From Longimicrobiales bacterium (GTDB lineage Bacteria > Gemmatimonadota > Gemmatimonadetes > Longimicrobiales > Gaopeijiaceae), in NCBI GenBank assembly GCA_965198065.1, contig CBDAON010000004.1, positions 2,272,001 to 2,336,000 of the forward strand: a DNA stretch of 64,000 bases. Direction: 5' to 3'. The notes below the pieces were generated by a model. That model worked only from the letters and a program-made list of their open reading frames with translations, did not search any database and was not told the DNA's origin. The translations under genes and the position numbers were made by a program. Of this stretch, positions 46,771-56,890 are shown piece after piece. Position 1 is the first letter of the stretch. The number at the start of each line of letters is the position of its first letter.

Positions 46771-48059
46771 TCGGACCCAGGCACCGCACGATCCACGAGC
46801 CCGTCACCCTCGACGGAGTCGGGGTCCACACCGGGGAGCCGTCCTCCGTCACCTTCCGGCCAGACCCCGAGGGACCGGGCATCCTGTTTCGCCGGGTTGA
46901 TCTGGACGGCGCTCCCGACATTCCGGCCGACCTCGACCACGTGGTGGGCACTGAGCTGGGGACAAGCCTGGCCGCCGGAGAAGAGGCACGGGCGAGCACC
47001 GTCGAGCACGTGATGGCCGCTCTCGCGGCCGCCGGTGTCACGCGCACGATCGTCGAGCTGGATGGCCCCGAGCCCCCGATCTTGGACGGCAGCTTCCGCG
47101 GGTACCTGGAGGCGCTGACGCGCGCGGAGAGCCTGGAGCTGGAAGATCCGGTGCAGGTCCTCCGGCTCCCGTCCCCGATCACCGAGGAGGGGAGCAAGGG
47201 GTGCCGCTACGTGGCCGTGCCCTCAGACGATTTTCGCGTCTCGGCGACGATCGAGTTCGACCATCCCGCGATCCGCCGGCAGTACGGATCCTTCGGCTTC
47301 GCGGGCGACGGATTCTCAGACCAGATCGCTTCGGCGCGCACGTTCGGCTTCGAGGCCGAGGCGGAAGCGCTCCGCGCCCGCGGACTCGCGAGGGGCGCGT
47401 CGCTGGAGAACACGATCGTTCTGTCGGCCGACGGGATTCTGAATGCCGATCTCAGGTTTCCCGACGAGTTCCTGAGACACAAGGTCGGGGATCTCGTCGG
47501 GGATCTCGCTCTCCTGGGCGCTCGCGTGGACGCACACGTGATCGCGGAGCGTCCGAGCCACGCGGGGAACGTCGCCCTCGCCCGGCGCCTCCGGGAGGCC
47601 GGTCGCCGAAACCCAGGCGGCGCCCCCATCGTGGACACGCAGAAGATCCTCGAGTACCTCCCCCACCGCTTCCCCATGCTCCTCGTGGACCGTGTGATCG
47701 AGTTCGAATCGGGGAAGCGAATCGTGGGGGTGAAGAACGTCACGATCAACGAGCCGTTCTTCCAGGGACACTACCCGGGCCACCCGATCATGCCCGGGGT
47801 GCTCGTCATCGAGGCGATGGCCCAGGTCGGAGGGCTGCTCCTCATGGATGCGGTCGAGAGCCCCGAGAACAAGGTCGTATACTTCATGTCGCTCGATAAC
47901 GTGAAGTGGCGTCGTCCGGTGACGCCAGGAGACCAGCTCGTGTTCGAGATCGAGCTCCTTCAGTTCCGGAGGAGCATCTGCCGCATGAGGGGGGAAGCGT
48001 TCGTGGACGGCAACCTCGTGGCCGAGGCCGAGTTCAAGGCCCGGGTAGTGGACAAGTGA
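46767..48059 (+). CDS. lpxC: Bifunctional LpxC/FabZ fusion
   Basis: GVGVHTG, TVEH, ARTFGF, RHK..DL.GD, followed by FabZ motifs [11 protein letters not shown] and FFQGHYP...PGVL.IEA. Confidence 0.95.
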   Translation: MIGPRHRTIHEPVTLDGVGVHTGEPSSVTFRPDPEGPGILFRRVDLDGAPDIPADLDHVVGTELGTSLAAGEEARASTVEHVMAALAAAGVTRTIVELDGPEPPILDGSFRGYLEALTRAESLELEDPVQVLRLPSPITEEGSKGCRYVAVPSDDFRVSATIEFDHPAIRRQYGSFGFAGDGFSDQIASARTFGFEAEAEALRARGLARGASLENTIVLSADGILNADLRFPDEFLRHKVGDLVGDLALLGARVDAHVIAERPSHAGNVALARRLREAGRRNPGGAPIVDTQKILEYLPHRFPMLLVDRVIEFESGKRIVGVKNVTINEPFFQGHYPGHPIMPGVLVIEAMAQVGGLLLMDAVESPENKVVYFMSLDNVKWRRPVTPGDQLVFEIELLQFRRSICRMRGEAFVDGNLVAEAEFKARVVDK

Positions 48060-48856
48060 AGGCCGTGACGGGCACCGCTGCGGACGTTCAGGTCCACCTG
48101 CAGGCGATCGTGGACCCGGGGGCCGAGCTCGCGGCGGGCGTGAACGTGGGCCCCTGGACTCTCATCGGACCCGACGTGAAAATCGGCCCGGGGACGGTCG
48201 TGGGGCCCGGCGTCCTAATCGAGAGGAACACGACGGTTGGGGCGGACTGCGAGATCCACAAGGGCGCCGTTCTGGGCACGCCGCCACAGGACCTGAAGTT
48301 CCGGGGCGAGGACAGCCGTCTGGTGGTCGGAGACCGGACGGTCATCCGGGAGTACGCGACCCTGAACCGGGGGACCTCCGCATCGGGCCTGACCGCGGTG
48401 GGGGACGACTGTCTCCTCATGGCATACACGCACGTGGCGCACGACTGCCGGCTCGGGAACCACGTGATCCTCTCCAATGCCGTAAACATGGCCGGGCACG
48501 TCGAGCTCCACGACTGGGCGATCGTGGGAGGGCTGACGCCCATCCATCAGTTCGTGCGTATCGGCATGCACGCGTTTATCGGCGGCGGCTCCCGCATCTC
48601 GCAGGACGTCTCGCCGTTCTGCCGGGCGGCTGGGAGCCCACCGAAGCTGTACGGGTTGAACACGGTCGGGCTCGAGCGGCGGGGCTTCCCGGCAGAGACG
48701 CGCGCCGCGCTGAAGAAGGCCTACCGGATCCTCTTCCAGTCCGAGCTCAACGTGTCGCAGGGGCTCGAGCAGGCGCGCGAGGAAGTGGAGCCTCTGCCCG
48801 AGGTCGTGCTCCTCTTGGACTTCATCCGGGACTCCGAGCGCGGAATCACGATCTGA
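48056..48856 (+). CDS. lpxA: UDP-N-acetylglucosamine O-acyltransferase
   Basis: PQDLKF, IREYAT.NRGT, HVAHDC, AGHV, HQFVRIG. Confidence 0.95.
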   Translation: MKAVTGTAADVQVHLQAIVDPGAELAAGVNVGPWTLIGPDVKIGPGTVVGPGVLIERNTTVGADCEIHKGAVLGTPPQDLKFRGEDSRLVVGDRTVIREYATLNRGTSASGLTAVGDDCLLMAYTHVAHDCRLGNHVILSNAVNMAGHVELHDWAIVGGLTPIHQFVRIGMHAFIGGGSRISQDVSPFCRAAGSPPKLYGLNTVGLERRGFPAETRAALKKAYRILFQSELNVSQGLEQAREEVEPLPEVVLLLDFIRDSERGITI

Positions 48857-49872
48857 TGGGCGAACGCCGGTCCCCGCTCCGACTCGGCGTGGCGGGTGTG
48901 GGCAGTTTGGGGTTCCACCACGCGCGCATCGCGAGGGAGCTCCCTGGCGTGACCCTGTCGGGGTTCCACGACCCGCGGGCCGACCGGGCCGGCAAGGTCG
49001 TGTCCCAGCTGGGGATCCGGTTCCTTCCCTCGCTCCCGTCCCTCCTCGGCGAGGTGGAGGCTCTGGTGGTGGCCACCCCCACCACCACGCACGCCGACGT
49101 GGCGTGTGCCGCGCTCGACCGCGGAGTTCACGTGTTCATCGAGAAGCCGATCGCCTCGGACCTCGCCCAGGCGGATCGGATCCTGGAGGCCGCCTCCCGA
49201 ACGGGGGCCCGGGTCCAGGTCGGCCACGTCGAGCGCTTCAACACGGCTCTGGTGGGCGCCCGTCCGTACCTCGAGGCCCCGCTCTTCATCGAGTCGCACC
49301 GGCTGGCGCCGTTCACGGAGCGAGGAACGGACGTGGCGGTCGTGCTGGATCTCATGATCCACGACGTGGATCTCGTGGCGAGCCTCGTCGGGCAACCCAT
49401 CGTCAGTTTCGAGGCCACGGGGATCCCGGTCCTCACCCCCTCGGTGGACATCGCGAACGCGCGGATCACGTTCGACGGCGGCGCGGTGGCCAACCTCACG
49501 GCGAGCCGCGTGTCCATGGAGCGCATGCGGAAGCTTCGGATCTTCCAGAAGTCCGGATACCTGAGCCTGAACCTGGCGAGCGGGACCGGTGAGTTCCTGC
49601 GCCTCAAGCGGGACATCCCTACCTTCCTGGACGGGCGGCGGCCCGAAGGGAAGGGCCCGCTGGCCCTCGACATTTCGAGCATCGTGGAGCGGATCCCGCT
49701 CTCCGCCGAGCCGGTGGAGCCACTCCGACGGGAGCTCGAGGGGTTCCGCGACGCGATCATCTCGGGCACGGAGCCCCCGGTCACCGGGCGGGAGGGCCGC
49801 GAAGCTCTCGCAACCGCGCTCGCCATCGAAGATCGGATCATGAGCCATGTCTCTCATACGAGTTCGGCGTGA
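48856..49872 (+). CDS. Gfo/Idh/MocA oxidoreductase, GnnA-like
   Basis: IEKP, GHVERFN, DLMIHD, TASRVS. Located between lpxA and lpxB. Confidence 0.8.
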   Translation: MGERRSPLRLGVAGVGSLGFHHARIARELPGVTLSGFHDPRADRAGKVVSQLGIRFLPSLPSLLGEVEALVVATPTTTHADVACAALDRGVHVFIEKPIASDLAQADRILEAASRTGARVQVGHVERFNTALVGARPYLEAPLFIESHRLAPFTERGTDVAVVLDLMIHDVDLVASLVGQPIVSFEATGIPVLTPSVDIANARITFDGGAVANLTASRVSMERMRKLRIFQKSGYLSLNLASGTGEFLRLKRDIPTFLDGRRPEGKGPLALDISSIVERIPLSAEPVEPLRRELEGFRDAIISGTEPPVTGREGREALATALAIEDRIMSHVSHTSSA

Positions 49873-49969
49873 CCGAAAGAAGGACTGGATCGACATCAAG
49901 AAGGGTATTCCTACTCGGGTGCTCGTCGGGCTCCTGGCCCTGGCCGGGCTTCTCATGTGGTTGCTCTAG
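49847..49969 (+). CDS. Small (40 aa) putative membrane protein, absent from the ORF track
   Basis: MSLIRVRRDRKKDWIDIKKGIPTRVLVGLLALAGLLMWLL*. Overlaps the upstream stop and fills the gap before lpxB. Confidence 0.6.
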   Translation: MSLIRVRRDRKKDWIDIKKGIPTRVLVGLLALAGLLMWLL

Positions 49970-49996
49970 GGAGGCTCCGAGTGGGGGCGGCGCGCC

Positions 49997-51148
49997 GTGA
50001 ACGCACCGGTCTTCCTGATGCTCGCGGGGGAGCCGTCGGGAGACGCACACGGCGCGCGGCTGGCGATGGCGCTCCGAGCCCGCTGGCCCCGCTGCCGGAT
50101 CCTGGGGACCGGAGGGGAGCGCATGTCCGCGGCCGGCGTCGAGCTTCTGGCCGGCCTCCACGACCTGGCGGTCATGGGCTTCGTCGAGGTGCTGGAACGA
50201 ATCTCCTTCTTCTGGAAGCTCGAGCGCCGGATCGTCCGCATGCTTCGGAGCGAGCGGGTAGACCTCGTGATCCCGGTGGACTACCCGGGCCTGAACTTCC
50301 GCATCGCGGGGCGGGCTAGAGCGGCGGGAATTCCGGTCCTCTACTACATCGCCCCGCAGGTCTGGGCCTGGCAACCGGGTCGGGCCGTGAAGCTCGGGCG
50401 CCTCGCCGACCGGATCGCGGTCATTCTCCCCTTTGAGGAGGAGATCCTTCGGAACGCTGGGGGGAACGCCGTCTTCGTCGGCCACCCCCTGCTCGATCGG
50501 GACGAGCCCGTGGCGTCCCGGGAGGACTTCTGCCGCTCGGCCGGGCTGGGCGTCGACCGCCCGATCCTGGCTCTCTTCCCCGGGTCGCGCTCCCAGGAGG
50601 TCCGGCGGCACCTGGCTCCCTTCGTCGAGGCGGGAAGGCAGCTGCAGGCCGAGCGGCCGGGTCTGCAGATCGTGATCGCGCGCCGCGAAGGGCTCGAGCT
50701 GGAGGTCGCGGACACGGTGGGCGTCCAGGTCACCTCGGACTCCCGGGCGCTTCTGCGGCACGCGAGGGCCGCCCTGGTGAAGTCGGGTACGACGACCCTG
50801 GAGGCCGCGCTGGAAGGAGTTCCGTTCGCGGTCGCGTACCGGGCGCACCCGCTCACGTTTTGGCTGGCCCGGCGACTCGTCCGTGTGGATCACATCGCGC
50901 TCGCCAATCTGGTGGTCGGTGAGCGTGTGGTCCCGGAGCTCCTCCAGGATCGGGTCGTGCCCGGGATCCTGGCCGAGACGCTCCTTCCCTTGCTCGACGA
51001 GTCCGCTGCACGCGGACGAGTCCTGGCCGGTCTGGAGAAGGTGCGGAGCCGACTCGGCGCCCCGGGAGCATCCGACCGGGTTGCGAATCTGGCCGCAGAC
51101 GTCCTCTCCAGGCGCCGTGAGGAACGCCACCCGGCGTCCGCTCCCTGA
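49997..51148 (+). CDS. lpxB: Lipid-A-disaccharide synthase
   Basis: AGEPSGD, DYPG.N, YYIAPQVWAW, PGSR..E, SGTTTLE. Confidence 0.95.
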   Translation: MNAPVFLMLAGEPSGDAHGARLAMALRARWPRCRILGTGGERMSAAGVELLAGLHDLAVMGFVEVLERISFFWKLERRIVRMLRSERVDLVIPVDYPGLNFRIAGRARAAGIPVLYYIAPQVWAWQPGRAVKLGRLADRIAVILPFEEEILRNAGGNAVFVGHPLLDRDEPVASREDFCRSAGLGVDRPILALFPGSRSQEVRRHLAPFVEAGRQLQAERPGLQIVIARREGLELEVADTVGVQVTSDSRALLRHARAALVKSGTTTLEAALEGVPFAVAYRAHPLTFWLARRLVRVDHIALANLVVGERVVPELLQDRVVPGILAETLLPLLDESAARGRVLAGLEKVRSRLGAPGASDRVANLAADVLSRRREERHPASAP

Positions 51149-51151
51149 TCC

Positions 51152-51811
51152 ATGGAACGTGACGGGGCTGGGGTTCGAGTGGTCGGCGCCGTGGGCGCCG
51201 GACTGCTTGGCGCGGTGGGCCGATCCCTCCGTTTCCAGATCGAAGGGCAGGAGCACGTCCAAGGCTGTCGGAGCCGCGGACAGCCCGTCATCTTCGCACA
51301 CTGGCACCGATGGATCCTTCCCCTGGCCTACCTCCACCGTCGCCAGGAAATCGTCGTCCTCGTGAGCGACCATAGGGACGGGGAGTACATCACGAGCGTC
51401 ATAGAACAGATGGGATTCGCCACGGCGCGGGGGTCCAGCACCAGAGGGGGGACCAAAGGGCTGAAGGCCCTGGTGCGCGCAGGTCGGGAGGGTCGTGACA
51501 TGGGGATCACCCCCGATGGTCCTCGCGGACCGGCGCTGGCGTGCAAGCCCGGCGCGCTCGTTGCCGCGCAGCTCTCGGGAGCCCCTATCGTCCCCATCGC
51601 GGTGGAGAGCGCCGGGGTGTGGCAGCTCGAGTCATGGGACCGGTTCGTCTTCCCCAAGCCGTTCGCCGCCGTTCGGGTGCGTTACGGAGCGCCCCACTAC
51701 GTACCTCGCGACGCCAACGAAGCGGACTTTCTCGGCCACGCCAGGGCGATCGAGGACGCGCTGAACGTGCTCTCGGCGCCGGCAGTCCACGAACACCGGA
51801 GCAGTGTGTGA
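51152..51811 (+). CDS. DUF374 lysophospholipid acyltransferase (LpxJ-like)
   Basis: WH, S.HRDGE, RGSSTRGG, ITPDGPRGP, SWDRF..PKPF. Confidence 0.85.
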   Translation: MERDGAGVRVVGAVGAGLLGAVGRSLRFQIEGQEHVQGCRSRGQPVIFAHWHRWILPLAYLHRRQEIVVLVSDHRDGEYITSVIEQMGFATARGSSTRGGTKGLKALVRAGREGRDMGITPDGPRGPALACKPGALVAAQLSGAPIVPIAVESAGVWQLESWDRFVFPKPFAAVRVRYGAPHYVPRDANEADFLGHARAIEDALNVLSAPAVHEHRSSV

Positions 51812-52836
51812 ACCGACTCCCCCGCGAGCTGACGCGGATGTGGCGCGGGGACCGTGGGCTCCTGCCGTTCGTCCTGGGAGCCCTCACGGCCCCTCTCTCC
51901 GCAGCGTTCGGCGTGGCTGTGCGGGGTCGAAACCTTCTCTACGACGCAGGGCTCCTGGCCTCGAGGCGCGCGCCCCTGCCCGTGGTGTCGGTGGGGAACC
52001 TCGCGGTAGGCGGGGCCGGAAAGACTCCCGTGTCGGCCTGGGTGGCCCGGACCCTCGAACAGGCCGGACGACGACCGGCCATCGTCTTGAGGGGGTACGG
52101 CGACGACGAGCCGCTCCTGCACGCCCGGTGGAACCCCAGCGTCCCGGTCCTTCGGGCCCCGAGGCGCATCCAGGGGGTGGAGGAAGCTGCGCGACAGGGA
52201 AGGGACGTCGTGGTGCTGGACGACGGATACCAGCACCGTGCCCTGCACCGTGACGTAAACCTCCTCCTCCTTTCCCCGGCTCACCACCTTCCGCCGCGCC
52301 TCCTCCCACGAGGCCCGTTTCGGGAATCCCTCATGGCCATGCGGCGGGCGGACCGGATCCTGATCACGGCAAAGGGGGACCACGAGCTCGAGGGCGCCCG
52401 CGCGCTCGCCGACGAGGTTGGACGGATTCCAGGTCTCGCGCCGGTGGAGGTGTTTGCCTTCCGGGCCGGGAGCTGGGAGAACTTGCACGGCGCGCCCGAG
52501 CCTCCTCCTCCGGGGGATACATTCGTCGTGACGTCCGTAGCCGAGCCCAGCGGCTTCGTGCACCTCGTGACGGAGCGGACCGGCAGGAGCCCACGCTCGG
52601 TTGCGTTCCGCGACCACCATGCCTTTTCCGCTCGGGACGCGGATTGGATCTCTCGAGCAGCCGAGAGCGCGGGATGGATATCCGTCACGGAGAAGGACGC
52701 CGTGAAGCTCCTTCCCCTCGAGGCGCTCCTGCCCCCGGCCCGAGTGCTGCCCCTAGTGCCCGTTCCTCCGCCCGACCTCGGCCCGTGGATCGTGGACGCC
52801 GTAGCAGCCGAGCGAACCGGAGCGACCCGCCCATGA
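51808..52836 (+). CDS. lpxK: Tetraacyldisaccharide 4'-kinase
   Basis: SVGNL.VGG.GKTP, RGYG, LDDGYQH, TEKDAVK. Confidence 0.93.
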   Translation: MNRLPRELTRMWRGDRGLLPFVLGALTAPLSAAFGVAVRGRNLLYDAGLLASRRAPLPVVSVGNLAVGGAGKTPVSAWVARTLEQAGRRPAIVLRGYGDDEPLLHARWNPSVPVLRAPRRIQGVEEAARQGRDVVVLDDGYQHRALHRDVNLLLLSPAHHLPPRLLPRGPFRESLMAMRRADRILITAKGDHELEGARALADEVGRIPGLAPVEVFAFRAGSWENLHGAPEPPPPGDTFVVTSVAEPSGFVHLVTERTGRSPRSVAFRDHHAFSARDADWISRAAESAGWISVTEKDAVKLLPLEALLPPARVLPLVPVPPPDLGPWIVDAVAAERTGATRP

Positions 52837-53315
52837 GGATCATGGTTTTGGTCGTGGGGAAGAATCGCGGAACGCTCGCGCCGGCGGTGCGCGAGTATGA
52901 GGAGAGGGCCTCCCGCTACTGGAAGCTGGAGGTAAGGGAGGTCGACGCCGGAAGCGGGCGTGGGTCGAGGTCGGACACCGAGGCTATCCGGCGAGCGGAA
53001 GGGCGGCGGCTTGCCGCGCGCATTCCGGAGGGTGGGGGCGTTTGGGCGCTCACGCGAGAGGGGAAAGGGACGTCGTCCGAGGGGCTGGCCCAGACGCTCG
53101 GCGCAGAGGCCGTCGCGGGCGGCCCGGGTGTCACGTTCCTGATTGGCGGAGCCTTCGGACTCGACCCCGAGTTGGTCCGGGGCGCGGACCACCGAGTCTC
53201 GCTCTCGATCTTGACCCTCCCCCACGCCTTCGCGCGCCTCCTCCTGGCGGAGCAGCTCTATCGGGCAGGCACCATCCTCCGAAACGAACCCTATCACAAG
53301 GGAGCCGCCGAGTGA
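52833..53315 (+). CDS. rlmH: 23S rRNA m3Psi1915 methyltransferase
   Basis: FLIGGAFG, T.PH..AR..L.EQLYR, PYHK. Confidence 0.93.
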   Translation: MRIMVLVVGKNRGTLAPAVREYEERASRYWKLEVREVDAGSGRGSRSDTEAIRRAEGRRLAARIPEGGGVWALTREGKGTSSEGLAQTLGAEAVAGGPGVTFLIGGAFGLDPELVRGADHRVSLSILTLPHAFARLLLAEQLYRAGTILRNEPYHKGAAE

Positions 53316-54919
53316 GAGTCGAGGCAAGGCGGCTGGCGGGAAACTCCCTGATCGAGGGCCTGGCCCAGGAGGACCCGGGCACGCTCTCGTTCTTCCCCGG
53401 CCGGCCCAGAGACCTGGAGGCGTATCGGGGGAAGGTCCGGGAAGTGGACGGGCGCTTCGACTCCGAGGCGCGGAAGGTGGCCGCGTCGAGCCTCACCGGG
53501 GGAGGGTTCGATGCTTCGGACCGCCTCCGATCCTTCGTCGAGGAGGACGGCCTGATGGTGACGACCGGGCAGCAGCCCGGTCTCTTCGGGGGTCCCCTCT
53601 ACGGGCTCTACAAGGGGATGACCGCGGTCGCGCTCGCGCGCCGACTGGAGGAGGCCCTGGATCGGCCCGTCCTCCCGGTGTTCTGGATCGCGTCGGAGGA
53701 CCACGACTGGGACGAGGCCCGAACGAGCTACGTGCTCGACCGCGAGAACGTGCTCCAGGAGGTGAGCCTCCCCGCTCGGGCCGGCTCCCCGGCTCCTTCC
53801 ATCTACCGGATCGCGCTGGGGCCGGAGGTGGACGAGGCGCGGCGCCGCTTCCTGGACCTCCACCCGGAGACCGAGTACCTGCGGCGCTGGCGAGAGGTCA
53901 TCGAGTCGGCCTACTTCCCCGGCGCGAACCTGGCCGACGCCTTCCAGCGCGTCCTGGACGCGCTCCTGGGGCCAAGCGGCCTGTTCCTCGTCCAGGCCCA
54001 CCACGGGGAGCTGAAGGCACGCTCCCTTCCAATCCTTCTCCGCGAGCTCCGCGAGACCGCTGAGCGCGTGCGCGCGCTCGAATCGCGGAGCCACGAGCTG
54101 GCCGGGGCAGGGCACCCCGTGCAGGTCCCGGTTCTGGAGGGCGCCTCGAACGTCTTCCTGGAGGGCCCCGGAGGTCGGGAGCGCCTCATCGTGGACGGGG
54201 AGGGGTTCCGACTCAGGGTCTCCGGAGTGCGCGTCACCCTCGCCGAGATCGAGGCCCGGGCTCGCGCGGATCCGCTCGCGCTCAGCCCGAACGTGCTCCT
54301 GCGCCCCGTGATCGAGGGCGCCCTCCTCCCCACGGTCGTCTACGTCGGGGGTCCGGCCGAGGCCGCGTACCACCCCCAGACCGACCCGGTCTTTGGGGCC
54401 CACGGGGTGGAGCGCCCCATCATGCACCCGCGAGCGAGCCTCCTTCTCCTCGAGGGGAAGATCGAGAAGGTGCTTGCAAAGATCGGTCTTTCGGTCGAGG
54501 ACCTGGCCCTCCCTGAGCACGAGGTCGCGCAGCGGTTTCTCCGCGACGGGATGCCTCCCCCAATCCAGGAGGCCATCGACGGGCTCCGGGACGCGATTGG
54601 AGCGAGGGTCCTCGAGCTCCAGGATGCCGTCCAACCGCTAGACCCGACCCTGCGCGGACCGGTCGAGTCCCTGCGGAATCAGGGGATGGGGCTGGTGGAC
54701 GACGTGGAGCGGAAGGTCGTTCAGAGCCTAAGGCGGCGAAACGAGGTTGGGCTCGCCCAGATCGCGAAGGCCCGCGCGCACCTCTATCCCATGGAGATGC
54801 CCCAGGAGCGCGTGCTGAATCCGTTCTACTACCTCGTGCGGTACGACGGCGACTTCCTCGCGGCGGTCGAGGAAGCGGCTCGGGCGGCTGTGCTTCCACC
54901 CGTTCCAAGCGCGACGTAG
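53312..54919 (+). CDS. bshC: Bacillithiol biosynthesis cysteine ligase BshC
   Basis: TTGQQPGLFGGPLY, PVFWIASEDHDW, SPNVLLRP, YVGGP.E, QER.LN. Confidence 0.9.
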   Translation: MRVEARRLAGNSLIEGLAQEDPGTLSFFPGRPRDLEAYRGKVREVDGRFDSEARKVAASSLTGGGFDASDRLRSFVEEDGLMVTTGQQPGLFGGPLYGLYKGMTAVALARRLEEALDRPVLPVFWIASEDHDWDEARTSYVLDRENVLQEVSLPARAGSPAPSIYRIALGPEVDEARRRFLDLHPETEYLRRWREVIESAYFPGANLADAFQRVLDALLGPSGLFLVQAHHGELKARSLPILLRELRETAERVRALESRSHELAGAGHPVQVPVLEGASNVFLEGPGGRERLIVDGEGFRLRVSGVRVTLAEIEARARADPLALSPNVLLRPVIEGALLPTVVYVGGPAEAAYHPQTDPVFGAHGVERPIMHPRASLLLLEGKIEKVLAKIGLSVEDLALPEHEVAQRFLRDGMPPPIQEAIDGLRDAIGARVLELQDAVQPLDPTLRGPVESLRNQGMGLVDDVERKVVQSLRRRNEVGLAQIAKARAHLYPMEMPQERVLNPFYYLVRYDGDFLAAVEEAARAAVLPPVPSAT

Positions 54920-54928
54920 CTTTCGCTC

Positions 54929-55216
54929 ATGTGGTGGCTCGTCATCATCGTTTTCGCGTTCCTGATTCCCGAGATCCTCTCGACCATCCTCGAGTCTCGA
55001 ATCGGCCGGGCCGTGGCCGCTCGGATCGAGAGTCGGGGTCGAGCCGGAGGTGCCGACCGCCTTCAGGACCGGGTCCGCTATCTCGAGGCGGAGGTTGATC
55101 GGCTGACCCAGGACGTTCAGCGGCTCACCGAAGAGACGGAGTTCTTCCAGAAGCTCCTGACCGAACGAGCTTCCGGGGGAGGCCCAGAGCACAACCCGGG
55201 CGATCGTGCTCCCTGA
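54929..55216 (+). CDS. Small membrane-anchored coiled-coil protein
   Basis: N-terminal TM segment and RVRYLE...LTEE heptads. Confidence 0.65.
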   Translation: MWWLVIIVFAFLIPEILSTILESRIGRAVAARIESRGRAGGADRLQDRVRYLEAEVDRLTQDVQRLTEETEFFQKLLTERASGGGPEHNPGDRAP

Positions 55217-56855
55217 CCCTCCGGGGGGAGAGGACCCGAGGGATCTCCCTCACCCCGGCCCGACTGCGGCCCCCGAACGGCCGATCGACGGCGCCCGGCA
55301 TCGCGCCCGGGCCTCGGGTCGTGTGGCGGCCGGCATCCTCGTGAGCCGGATCTCGGGACTCGCTCGTGAGGCCGTCTTCGCCCACTACTTCGGGGCCTCG
55401 GCGGTCGCGGACGTGTGGCGCGCCGCGCTCCGCACCCCGAATGTCCTCCAGAACCTGATGGGTGAGGGCACGCTCTCCGCGTCCTTCATTCCGGTCTACT
55501 CCGGGCTCCTGGGCGACCAGCGGAAGGAGGACGCGGCAGGGTTCGCGGGCGTGATCCTCGGCCTCCTGACCGTGGCGGCCGGGGCCCTCGCCTTCCTCGG
55601 CATCCTCGTCGCTCCGCTCCTCGTCGCCGTCCTTTTCGCCGGGTTCGATCCCGAACGGCAGGCCCTCACGATCGAGCTGGTCCGGATCCTGTTCCCGATG
55701 ACGGCCCTCCTGGTCGTCTCGGCCTGGTCCCTCGGGGTCCTGAACTCGCACCGCCGGTTCTTTCTTCCGTACGTGGCTCCGCTGGGGTGGAACGCGTCAA
55801 TGATCGGCGCCATGCTCGCAGGGTCGATCGGACTCGGGGCCTCGGGCGACCGACTGGCCCACGTTCTGGCCTGGGGCGCCCTGCTCGGGGCTGGCGTGCA
55901 ACTCGGAGTGCAGCTTCCGGCGGCCGTTCGGCTCGCGGGCCGGCTCCGGCCGTCGCTCTCCCTCCAGATCCACGGAGTTCGCGAGTGCCTTCGGAATCTC
56001 GCGCCGGTGGTAGCGGCCCGCGGCGCCGTCAACCTGAGCGGGTACTTCGACTACTTTCTTGCCGCGTTCCTCACGACCGGAGCGGTGGCCGTCCTCGGAT
56101 ACGCACAGACGCTCTACCTCCTGCCCATCTCCCTCTTCGCGCTGTCGGTCGCCGCGTCGGAGCTGCCGGAGCTCTCCAGGGATCGGCTCGGGGCGACAAA
56201 GCGGCTGACGAGCGACGTGGGGCGCGGGGTGGAGCGGGTCCTCTACTTCCTGGCCCCGAGCGCCGCGATCTATCTGTTGGTCGGGGACGCGATCGTAGGG
56301 GCGCTCTTCCAGCGGGGAGCCTTCGGCCCCGACGAGGTGCGGGTCACCTGGGTCGTGCTCGCTGCGTACGCCCTCGGGATGCCCGCGTCGGCCGTCTCCC
56401 GCCTCCTCTCCTCCGCGTTCTACGCTCTCCGCGACACGCGGACGCCGGCGCGCGCCGCCTACCTCCGGGTGGCGCTGTCCACCGTGATCGGGGTCGCGGT
56501 GATGGTTCCGATGGACCGCGTGGCTGTCGGGAGCCTCCGGCTCGGCGCCGCGGGGCTCGCCGTGGGGGCTTCGGTCGGTGCGTGGACCGAGTGGTTCCTT
56601 CTCAGACGCGCTCTCGGGCGCCGGCTCGGATCGCCGCCGGGCGTGGCCCCGGCTCGCGTGGCCCGGATTCTCGTTGCCGCATGCGTGGCCGGGGGCGCGA
56701 GCCTCGCCGCGAGGACGGCGCTCGATCCCTTCCACCCCTGGATCCTGGTGACCGGAACGCTTCTCGCGGGCGGGGGGGTATACCTCGCCGTCACTGCCGC
56801 CCTCGGAGTCTCGGGTCCCCTCCGGGACCTCTTTCCCGGCCCCGACGGAGCCTGA
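55206..56855 (+). CDS. murJ: Lipid II flippase MurJ
   Basis: SRISGLARE, PN.L..L.GEG.LSASFIP, FYALRDTRTP. Confidence 0.93.
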   Translation: MLPDPPGGEDPRDLPHPGPTAAPERPIDGARHRARASGRVAAGILVSRISGLAREAVFAHYFGASAVADVWRAALRTPNVLQNLMGEGTLSASFIPVYSGLLGDQRKEDAAGFAGVILGLLTVAAGALAFLGILVAPLLVAVLFAGFDPERQALTIELVRILFPMTALLVVSAWSLGVLNSHRRFFLPYVAPLGWNASMIGAMLAGSIGLGASGDRLAHVLAWGALLGAGVQLGVQLPAAVRLAGRLRPSLSLQIHGVRECLRNLAPVVAARGAVNLSGYFDYFLAAFLTTGAVAVLGYAQTLYLLPISLFALSVAASELPELSRDRLGATKRLTSDVGRGVERVLYFLAPSAAIYLLVGDAIVGALFQRGAFGPDEVRVTWVVLAAYALGMPASAVSRLLSSAFYALRDTRTPARAAYLRVALSTVIGVAVMVPMDRVAVGSLRLGAAGLAVGASVGAWTEWFLLRRALGRRLGSPPGVAPARVARILVAACVAGGASLAARTALDPFHPWILVTGTLLAGGGVYLAVTAALGVSGPLRDLFPGPDGA

Positions 56856-56890
56856 GCCGGTCCGGCTCCGATTCTCAGGCTGGGTTTGCG

